Shown one piece after another: positions 53,951-64,000 of a stretch of DNA of 64,000 nucleotides. Below the pieces are notes generated by a model, which saw only the letters and a list, made by a program, of their open reading frames with translations, had not been told where the DNA came from and searched no databases. The DNA lies in NCBI RefSeq assembly GCF_006345805.1, contig NC_042999.1:73098001-73162000 (forward strand), given 5' to 3'. The position numbers were made by a program, and so were the translations under genes. This DNA comes from Octopus sinensis (taxonomy: Eukaryota). The first letter of the stretch is position 1. Each line of letters starts with the position of its first letter.

Positions 53951-54608
53951 CAACCTTATCATATCGCAAGCTTACTTTAATACTTAAAAGAAAAACCGTT
54001 GACTATTTCTAATAAAGCTAAATACGCCGGTTTCAAATCCATGTATGGCCAAGCATAATTTTTTACTACATCTGTTTTTATTTTAATACACCCTCCCCGC
54101 CAAAAGAGGGGAAGAGAATTTGTAATTGCAAAAGGGGATCACTTCAGCAAATATATTTATATATAAAGTAATGCAAAAATACATTATGAAGGATCTATCA
54201 TAAACAATTCATAATTATTTATGAATATATTTATGGCCAAAACATGTAATCATAAATTTCATAAAAGAAGTGTGTATAATTATGAATAGATCACAATTAT
54301 AACGGAGAGGATTGCAAAAACCCTTACACGTCTAGAAACAGCAAATAAAGCCGTCGGCGGGCGACATGACATAAAATTCACAACTTAAAAATAAAATGTT
54401 AATTCTCTATTGCAATTTTGAAGTTAAGAACCTAATGGCTCCACTCTTCTCATCAGGAAAATATTCTTAAAGATACAGATTGACGCAAAAAGCACACTTT
54501 GGGGCTTACATGTGTCCCGACTGAGACACATGTATATATATACTGGAGTAAACACATAAATGTGAAACAAGGTGGAAAAAAGAGTACTCAAATACCAGGG
54601 GTATATAA

Positions 54609-54717
<109 letters not shown>

Positions 54718-54785
54718 ATATATATATATATATATATATTATATGTGTGTGTATATATATATGTATATATATATGTGTGTATATA

Positions 54786-55172
54786 GGTTGCGAACCACAT
54801 GGTTCCGGATTCAGTCCCACTTCGTGGCACCTTGGGTAAGTGTCTTCTACTATAGCCTCGGGCCGACCAAAGCCTTGTGAGTGGATTTGGTAGACGGAAA
54901 CTGAAAAAAGCCCGTCGTATATATATGTATATAAGTATGTATGTGTGTGTATATGCATATATGTATGTTTGTGTGTCTGTGTTTGTCCCCCCAAAATCGT
55001 TTGACAACCGATGCTGGTGTATTTACGTCCCCGTAACTTAGCGGTTCGGCAAAAGAGACCGATAGAATAAGTACTAGGCTTACAAAGAATAAGTCCTGGG
55101 GTTGATTTGCTCGACTAAAGGCGGTGCTCCACCATGGCCGCAGTCAAATGACTGAAACAAGTAAAAGAGTAA
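54786..55172 (+). mobile_element. SINE family A
   Basis: Near-identical to 13395-13771. Confidence 0.85.
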
Positions 55173-55315
55173 ATATATATATATGTGTGTGTATATATAT
55201 ATATATATATATTGACAAAATGGTAAGACAACAAAAGAATGAAAGAGACCTTGATATTATGTAAATAGAGGAATTTATCTGTAAATGTAATATGTGACAA
55301 TTATTCGGTAGCCAT

Positions 55316-55376
55316 GGTAAAACTCCGATTTTCGGATGCCGGGGAGGAAATCCACGTCGCCATCTCTTCAGTTATC
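55316..55376 (-). ncRNA. Type I HHR motif, left arm of fold-back (more degenerate)
   Basis: GATAA-CTGAAGA-GATG...CATCC-GAAA-ATC(G)GAG-TT|TTACC. Confidence 0.45.
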
Positions 55377-55420
55377 CGGCCATCGGAAAAATGCTATAAA
55401 ATCATTTTTTGCGATGGCCG

Positions 55421-55481
55421 GATAACTGAAGAGATGGCGGCGTTAATTTCCACCCCGGCATCCGAAACTCGGAGTTTTATC
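55421..55481 (+). ncRNA. Type I HHR motif, right arm of fold-back
   Basis: GATAA-CTGAAGA-GATG...CATCC-GAAA-CTC(G)GAG-TT|TTATC. Confidence 0.6.
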
Positions 55482-55681
55482 ATGGCTACCGAATAATTGT
55501 CACATATTACATATATATATATATTCTTTTATTCTTTTTTGCTTGTTTCAGTCATTTGGCTGCGGCCACGAAGTCTTTCAAAGATAATGTTCTGGAAAGA
55601 AATCACTCTCCTCCGACAAAGACGCCCTTGAATTTGTCCAAGATCAACAGCGTTAGCTTCAATGCTTAAAAATGTCCATTG

Positions 55682-55733
<52 letters not shown>

Positions 55734-56176
55734 ATATATATATATATATATACATTCAGATAGGAATTTTTCAACTTAATAAAAATGAAATTCAGACGGG
55801 TATTATGACGTAGGATTTGAACCGAAATTGAAAAAGTATTTTAGAATGTTTCGAAATTCAAAGAATATTTTTCTCCATTCGAATACAACCAAAAATTTGT
55901 ACGAAATTAGCAGAGACACTAATAGGATTTTTATCATATATAGTTTAATTAATACTTATGAAAGACTAACATCTTAGAAGTAAGAAGGGAAGTTAGTTTT
56001 GCGGCATCTATATATAATATTTAAAGATTACAAAAGAACCTTCTTAATGGCCCAACTTGTTGGTCGATGTGTCCAACTAAAAGTGAATAAGGTATTGTAA
56101 GTAAAAGTATCCTACACACCATTCTTCTTGCAACAATTCGTCATTATTGAAACAAGCATTGCTGATATTAATAAGC

Positions 56177-56260
<84 letters not shown>

Positions 56261-57229
56261 TATATATATATTAGACGATAAAAGCATCTCTATAGGAAAA
56301 ACTCCATCAATACAAATTATCAAACATGTGCGTGTAGTTGAAAGGCTAGAAGCTGAGCTTATCCGAGAAAAATCCTTTAATAGATGTCACACACAAACAC
56401 ACACACACACACGTTTCGATGGCATTTCTCGATATTTGAATCTTGAAAAGGCATTATATTTTGCTAAGAATCATATCTCAATTCTAGTGGTAAAAGAATT
56501 ATGCATACATGAAAATTTATGGCTTTCTTTTTGATATTTAAGTGAAAAAGAACGTTGCTAATTCTTTTGATGTAGTGAAAGATGATAGAGACACAGCAGA
56601 AATTTATGAGCTTATTTGTTTCCATACTTTAATCTAACAACTAACAAGCTTAATAATTTGCAGTGTGGTTTGTATTGAAATGGTGGACTCATTGTCATAC
56701 GAGATATGCAGCTTCAGCAAATGGATATATTTGGAAAAATATCTTTTGGATTAAGGTGAAAAGCAAACAAGGAAACTGTCTAATCACGAATCTAAGGAGT
56801 TATTTAAAGGCTTATTCCTAAAAATTACAGTTAATACAAAATTTCTATATAATTAATTGTAGGCGCAGGTGTGGCTTTGCAGTAGGATGTTTGCTTCCCA
56901 GTCACATAATTCCGGGTTCAGTGGCAGTATGTGTCTCATTGGACAAGTGTTTTCTACTACAGTCCTGGGCCGACTAAAACTTTAAAAGAGGATTTGACAG
57001 ATAGAAATAGGAAAAAAAAAGCAAGTCACATATAAATATATTTACAATTCGAGTGTAGGAAGTTTGTAAATTTCAAGCAGTGTGCGGCAGGTATAGAGAA
57101 CAAGAAGTGAACAGTGTACGATCAGGAACAATAATATTTTATTAGCATAGAAAGTTATACAATTTTTCCTATATCGAATAGATGCTAGAGGATGCTTTCT
57201 GAAAATTTTTGTCTCACTATTGGCGGACA

Positions 57230-57840
57230 CATCTAAATCAAGCAACCTGAGATCGTTAAGCAAGTGACTTGCATTCAATCTTCTGAGTGGAAGTGTTATC
57301 ATGTACATTGTTTTGTTTTGGTATAAAAGATGGGCTACATCAAATTTTCTGCTCAATACCGCACATTAGCTTGTCAGTTGTTTGAACTTAACCAGTTTAG
57401 CATGTCCCTTAGGTGTTGACGGTATGTGCATCTCTGATCACGAGCAGAAGTAGTGGAAGAGCATTATAGCAATGTGTTGGGACGAATTCTTAGGGGTTTG
57501 GATAATTTACCTCTGGAAACATGGGTGTTTCGTTGAACATCCTTAAACAACCCTCATTCAGGGAGCGGGATGGGCTATTCGACCAGAAGAAAATTCTAAC
57601 TGGGCCCCACCTGCAAGGTCATATGCTGTTTATCTTGATACGAGATCATCATATCGTGCACATATAGTTGTGATGCATGTGCCTGGTGTACCCTTATCAG
57701 ACGGGTAGTCATGATGGATATATTGGGCTTCGTATATCTGTACCCTAGTGTCACTTTGATTGCATACACTGCTCTCTCATTCAATAATAATAATAAGAAT
57801 AAGAATAAGAATAAGAATAAGAATAAGAATAAGAACAACA
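57230..57840 (+). mobile_element. Retroposon 3' segment with (AAT)n/(AATAAG)n tail
   Basis: Non-coding repeat-like body ending in ctctctcattc-aataataataataagaataag. Confidence 0.5.
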
Positions 57841-58386
57841 ACAGCAATGTGTATATATGTGTGTGTTGTATATTATATGGAAAATATATTGCAATAATTT
57901 TCTCCATGTCTCCGAACGTTTATTTTTTATAACCATATATATTATCTTCTTCTTCTTCTTCTTCTTGGTGTTATTATTGTTGTAATCTTTCTCCTCCTCC
58001 TCATCCTCAACAACAACAACATCACCGTTCCTATTTTCCTTATTATTCCATACCTATTGTTTTATTGGTCTATGTCACCACCATCACCACTTTCAACAAA
58101 AATGAAAAAAAGAGTCCATTCATACTACATACACTCTTTCAGCAATGAGAATAAATAGAAAATGGTAGAATAATATTGATTCTGTTCTATTTATTTTGCT
58201 TGTATATTTTTGTTGGCTTTTTTCCCGTATTTCTTTTCTCTTCTCTTATATTTTATTTCTTGTTAACAAGAAAATCCATAGTAATTAGCAACATTTTTAA
58301 TGTCGCGTCTTTTGTTTTTCACTCTTCTGCAGTCACCAAACACACTTATATACACTCACACGCAAACGCTCCCAAACACAAACTGT

Positions 58387-58454
<68 letters not shown>

Positions 58455-58560
58455 CCTCTCTCCCCCTCTATCTCTCTCTCTCATACACACATACACATAA
58501 ATTCACGTACTTGCAAACACGCATATCAAAAGCAGCAGTCTACTCTAACTATCGTCTTTA

Positions 58561-58715
58561 GCGTGGTTGTGTGGGAAGAAGCTTGCTAACCAATCACATG
58601 GTTCCGGGTGCAGTTCCACTGCGTGACACCTTGGGCGAGTGTCTTCTGCTATACCTTCGGGCCGACCAAATCCTTATGAGTGGATTTGGTAGACGGAAAC
58701 TGAAAGAAGCCCGTA

Positions 58716-58763
<48 letters not shown>

Positions 58764-58955
58764 GTGTGTCTGTGCTTGTCCCCCCTACTCCATCGCTTGA
58801 CAATCAATATTGGTGTGATAACGTGTGATAACTTAGCCGTCGGGTAAAAGTGTTAGATAGAATAAGTACTAGGCTTACAAAGTCCTGGGGTTGATTTGCT
58901 TGACTAAAGACGGTGCTCCAGCATGGCTGCAGTCAAATGACTGAAACAAGTTAAA
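58561..58955 (+). mobile_element. SINE family A
   Basis: Full head, body and tail match. Confidence 0.8.
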
Positions 58956-58969
58956 CAATAAAATAATGA

Positions 58970-59031
<62 letters not shown>

Positions 59032-59067
59032 CATACATACATATATATATATATAATATATATATAA

Positions 59068-59103
<36 letters not shown>

Positions 59104-59114
59104 TGTATGTATGT

Positions 59115-59211
<97 letters not shown>

Positions 59212-59519
59212 GATGCTTTGTAAAGCACAGAAATGTCTGTGTTATAAGAAGCCTGATTCCCAACCACATGGTTCCGGGCCCAGTCCCACTGCGTGGCACC
59301 TTTGGCGAGTGTTTTCTACTATAGCCTTGGGCCCACCAAAGCCTTGTAAGTGGAATTATATAGAAGGAATGGGAAAGAATCTAGTCGTATATATATCACA
59401 CACACACATATAAATAAATATATATATATATATATATATAATCAATATCATATAATTAATGTATGTTTGTCTTGCAGCTGCGGCATTTTATCAATGCTAG
59501 GTGAAACGAAATCGCCCTG

Positions 59520-59830
59520 GAAGTGAACGAGGACAGATTTCAATCTTTTGCAGTTTTTTTTCTCTTATTGCGAACCAATGATTCGTCGTTATTATTTTCC
59601 TTGTCAAAAATTTCCTCTGTGAGATGTAATTTTCTGCAAAAGTGTGAGACATCATCATGTATCTCACTGAAGTTAGGGTATTGTGGAGTTGGAGTGAATT
59701 TCAGTCCTTTTGAGAAAATTTTGATTTGTTGGGTTCACAGGTTTAGGTTTGAGAGATTCACTATTTTTGGTCTTTCAGGGTTGGTATGTACAATCTGGTG
59801 TCGTGGTCTCAAAAATGACTAATTCTCGGA
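59520..59830 (-). pseudogene. PLE ORF N-terminal fragment
   Basis: KIVNLSNLNL*TQQIKIFSKGLKFTPTPQYPNFSEIHDDVSHFCRKLHLTEE matches the PLE N-terminal VNLS...SKGLxFxPT motif. May extend to about 60650. Confidence 0.75.
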
Positions 59831-60914
59831 GTACAACTGACTGATTCTTTCATTCCAACGGCTATCTCAACAAAGATACTAAATATAATATATGCATACT
59901 CTTTGTCGACATAGAATCGTATCAAGCTTCTTTTATTCTTAAAATTGTCTGTCGACTCTTAAGTTGATTTATCTGCCAAGAAGCAGTATTACATTTAAAA
60001 TTATTGATCTCGCAACTGATTTGAAATGCATGTAAAACAAAATCTAGAGATATCATGTAATATTGATTTTGTCAAATGATCTTCTCTGGACACAAGCCTC
60101 GCTGACGTTGCTTAATAATAGGTTGAGTTTCTGCTTATGTAAAAACTTTTCGTTGCGTCTTTTCTTGGCATCCTCCCATGTTGCTTTATCTCTAACAGAC
60201 CGCATTGAGTTAAATGGAATTCTAATTCTTTCTGTAAGATGGAGGTAGCTTTCACAGACTGTTCAAATCTAGCCAAAGAGAATGGGATACTGTTTGATAA
60301 TATCTAAATTTGATGGTTTGTTAACGAATTATAATTAACTGCCGAGAGCTCGTATAGTTGCTGCGCAGGAAAAATATTCTGCGTGGATCAACACTTAGTC
60401 AGTCAATTACAAACATTTTCAATTTACTAAGTTGAATAACAGATAACGGTGACATTAAGACTGAACGCTAGTTGTGCTCCTTGCAAATGTCGGTCTGGAA
60501 GATCCATAGACTGCATGAGATTACATGAACGTTTCTGCCACTTCAACCCCGGCAGGTTTTCAAGAAGCTCAGAAATGAAAAGGATAATGAAGCGGGAGTT
60601 TACCGTAATTAGTATTCCATCTGCTCTGGAACCAGTCAGTTTGTTTCAGAAAATACAAACGCACACACACATATACGTGCGCGCGCATACGCACACACAA
60701 ATGACATGTTGTTATGTCGTAGGATACTATTAGCTCTATAAAGCTGCTTCACCAATAGATGAGATATCGACTTCTTCATTCGGAGACTGCGTATAGCAGC
60801 GCCATCAACACACAAGTGTTGCTCCTAAAATAGTTAAAACGATTGAGGGATAGAAAGAAGACACGTAACTCTATTAAAGAATCTCATTAGCTATTGCGCA
60901 AAGCGATACTGTTA

Positions 60915-61225
60915 GTGGAGGCACATGACCTAATGGTTAGAGCAGCGGCTCGCGATCGAGGGATGGCGGTTTCGAATCTCAGACCGGGCGATGTGTGTGT
61001 TTATGAGTGAAACATCTAATCTCCACACGGTTCCGGCAGAAGATAATGGCGAACTTCTGCTGACTCTTTCGCCAAAGGTTTCTCTCACTCTTTCCTCCTG
61101 GATCTTGCAGCTCACCTGCGACGGACCGGCGTCCCGTCCAGGTGGGGAACCTATACGCCAAGGAAACCGGGAAACCGGCCCTTATGAGCCAGGCATGGAT
61201 CGAGAAGGAACAAACAAAAGTGATG
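60915..61225 (+). mobile_element. tRNA-derived SINE with Meta/V-like domain
   Basis: tRNA head ggaggcacatgacctaatggttagagc...ggtttcgaatc; cctgcgacggaccggcgtcccgtccagg...gaaaccggg. Confidence 0.7.
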
Positions 61226-61321
61226 CTGTTAGCATTCTCTCTCGTGGACTTTGTCAATTATATGTTTGGGTGTGTGTGCGTGTGTGTACGTGTGTGTGTA
61301 TGTGTGTGTGTGTTTATGTGT

Positions 61322-61357
<36 letters not shown>

Positions 61358-61873
61358 ATGTGTTTGCATATGCTCATGTGTGCGCATGTGAGTAAGTATG
61401 GCGCAAGATACTAAAAAACATCTCACAAGCATTTGCATATATTTGTTGCACCAATAAAATTTATTGTAGATAGTTAATAAAAAACCAATGTCTAACGAGC
61501 TATATTGTTTTATAGATAGAATAAGTACTTTATAGATAGAATAAGTACTTTATAGATAAGTACTTTTATAGATCTCTCGAAGAAATACAAATTAATGAAA
61601 TAAAACTATATTCACATAGATCGGTGGTTCCTGATTGTTTTTTTACCCTCAGCACGCAAGTATATACAAACACACTTGCATGCAAATATACACCCACACA
61701 TATACGTACATACGTTCATACATACATACATACATGCATACATACATACATACATACACACACACTATCTCTTTCTCTCTCCCTCACACATATACACACA
61801 CACACACAAGTACACAAAGAACCAAACACACATATGAAATTATTGAGTATGTATTCCTTACATAGAAATAAAC

Positions 61874-62629
61874 GAGGAATTTCAACCGTGTTTCATGGTC
61901 TGCTACCACAACAGCTTCTTTATAGGATCCAGTTAGCTCAAGACATCATCAGGAGGAACACTTCCGGTTTCAGCCCCTACTCCTCTACCGTTTTCACGTG
62001 GCGGCCCCCATACTTTCGGAGGTATATTCAGCTCTGGTGTTGGGTGCATGTCTTCTTTCTTCTTCTTTCTTCTGTTCCCTGGCCTCTTCGATGTAGCATC
62101 AACGAGTGTCAGCGGGCGAACTCGCTGCGTCATTTGTTTTCGGCCACTTAATCTTTGTCCTCTTCACGCCTATCTCTCATTTTGACTGTTCCAATTCAAC
62201 TGTGGAATGAACCTCGCTATGGTTATTTTCCAAGAGGTTCTGGCCACACGTCTTATGGTTTATCAACCCGCGTTGTAGAATTACTTTCTTCTGCCACACC
62301 TTCCCTCGGTGGAGTCTCAGCCCGATGTAACTATCAAACACCTTTCCGCAGCAGCTGAACTCCCCATCTACCATTCCTTTGCCGCTTCCTTTTTCATTGT
62401 CCATTTCCGGTCTAAGTCTATTTCGTTTTCCGTTCCTATTTGATCCTTTATTCTTCCCCCGTGGTCCGGGATCATGGGGGCATGATTTCCCATGCTTTTT
62501 CGTCGCAATTTTACCACGGATTGGGCTGCAAGCCCATTTGATCTTTCGTTACGCTGTCGTACTGTCAAGCGTCTCTCCGCTTTGTCATCCCTCTTTCTGG
62601 ATTGTCAGCAAGTTTTTCCCAGCAGTCAA
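61874..62629 (-). mobile_element. HERO-like (R2 superfamily) non-LTR element, internally deleted
   Basis: N-terminal CCGKVFDSYIGLRLHRGK zinc finger and KIKWPK motif joined within about 100 bp to a C-terminal/3' segment (..PPDDVLS*). Family assignment is from recalled motifs. Confidence 0.6.
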
Positions 62630-62631
62630 TA

Positions 62632-63923
62632 CGAGGGGCGTTCAATAAGTAATGCCCCTGACTCACTTCTCATAGCAGTAGAGCAACGAAACTTGGCACA
62701 GTTATTAGTCTTTTTCTACATAGGAACCACCCAGGATTACGCATTTCTCCCATCGTTTGATGCAGCTCTGGAGACCGTTTTTGTAGAGGACCCCACCTTG
62801 GTCCTCCAACCACGACGTGACTTCAGAAATCAAGGCTGTATCATCTGGGAAACGCTTTCCTTTCAAAAACAACCTCATGGCTGGGAAGAAGTGAAAATCA
62901 GAGAGTGCAAGGTCAGGAGAGTTGGGGGATGGGGGAGGAGTTCATAGCCGCACGCCTGTGCTTCTGATCTGGCAACACGTGAGTTGTGGAGCGGAGCGTT
63001 GTCCTGCAGGAGGAGGATGTCTTTGCTGATCTTGACCCGCCTCTTGATTTTGATAGCTTCTCTTAATTTCCTCAAAAGGGAAGCATAATAGGCTCCTGTA
63101 ATTGTGGAACCTTTTGCCAGGAAACCTGTCATCACTATTCCGTCTTGGTCCCAGAAGACTGGGAGCATGACCTTACCAGCGGAGGGCTGCACCCTTGCCT
63201 TCTTTGGAGGAGGTGAGTCACGGTGCTTCCACTGCATTGACTGGGCTTTGGTCTCTAGATCATAGTGATGGACCCAGGTTTCATCCTGGGTAATCAGTCT
63301 TTTGAAAAATTTTGACTCATCTTCTTGGCACATCTCCAAATTCATCCTCGAGCACTCAACGCGTTCTTGCTTCTGGAAAGGTGTGAGCAACTTGGGAATC
63401 CATCTGGCAAACACCTTTTGCATATGCAAATGGTCATGAATGATAGTTTCCACAGACCCGGTACTAATCTTGACCTCATAGGCTATTTGGCGAATAGTTA
63501 TGCGTCGATCTTCCAAAATGGCAGCCTCAACTTGACGGACAGATGCCTCATCAATGGCAGAAAGGGGGCAACCAGATCTGGGAGCTGTTTCCACAGAGTT
63601 CCAACCATGTTTGAATTCACGATGCCAGCGTTTTACAAGGCCATATGATGGGGCATCATTACCATAAGTTACTTTCATTTCACCAAAAGTCTCCCGTGGT
63701 GTGCGTTCTTTCAAATACAAAAACCGGATCACTGCTCGACACTCAACAGGCTCCATTTCACACTTGACTCAGTTCAAACACCTGTAAATCAGAAACCACA
63801 ATTAGTTCAGAGCTGTAATTTGTCACTTAATCTATAGAGATATAAATAATTGCACATGCAAAATTTCAGCTAGATCAAACAACTGCAAATGGGTCAGGGG
63901 CATTACTTATTGATCGTCCCTAG
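62632..63923 (-). mobile_element. Full-length mariner (DD34D) transposon
   Basis: Inverted termini cgaggggcgttcaataagtaatgcccctgac / gtcaggggcattacttattgatcgtccctag, TA on both sides, about 1.3 kb. Confidence 0.97.
62705..63756 (-). pseudogene. Mariner transposase with one frameshift
   Basis: HTH region, then ITQDETWVHHY and LLQDNAPLH. A 1-bp loss near 62915 shifts the YSPDLAxSDF...KRWEKCV..GGSYVEKD* ending out of frame. Confidence 0.95.
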
Positions 63924-63925
63924 TA

Positions 63926-64000
63926 TCTGAGGAATTTCAACCGTGTTTCGTGGTCTGCTACCACAACAGCTTCTTTATAGGATCCAGTTAGCTCAAGATA
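63926..64000 (-). mobile_element. Second copy of the HERO-like 3' end
   Basis: 63929-63998 equals 61874-61943 with one mismatch in 70 bp. Confidence 0.8.

Larger units (their letters stand above)
55212..55512. mobile_element. PLE-type terminal repeat with fold-back duplication, between (TA)n tracts
   Basis: About 100-bp inverted arms (55285-55385 and 55412-55512), each with an HHR core. Confidence 0.65.

Noticed and set aside
61874-61955. CTGATGA...GAAAC in the HERO-like 3' end as an HHR
   Set aside because: Stem II can be drawn, but stem I gives only 2 bp before mismatches; not supportable.

Overview
AT-rich, microsatellite-dense animal genomic DNA. The SINE families and repeat landscape look like Octopus; this is an inference, not a database match. 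One host gene is supported: the 5' part of a secreted GH18 chitinase on the minus strand. It has four coding exons (36802-36877, 34548-34712, 7102-7264, 1896-1989) that splice in frame through canonical GT-AG sites, with introns of about 2.1, 27.3 and 5.1 kb; the gene continues off the left edge. Spliced protein: [166 protein letters not shown]. The rest is mobile DNA: tRNA-derived SINEs, six Tc1/mariner elements or fragments, R4/Dong-, HERO-, CR1- and L1-like LINE pieces, Helitron-type elements, and many Penelope-like element (PLE) pieces. The most striking signal is a dozen or more hammerhead-ribozyme (HHR) motifs from several PLE terminal-repeat families, mostly next to (TA)n tracts. They include C3U/G8A cores, an extra-A core, a family-fixed A6U core variant, and fold-back inverted arrangements carrying two ribozymes. 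HHRs in PLEs are known in general; these specific variants and architectures are what merit testing. Repeat boundaries are approximate and were read by eye.
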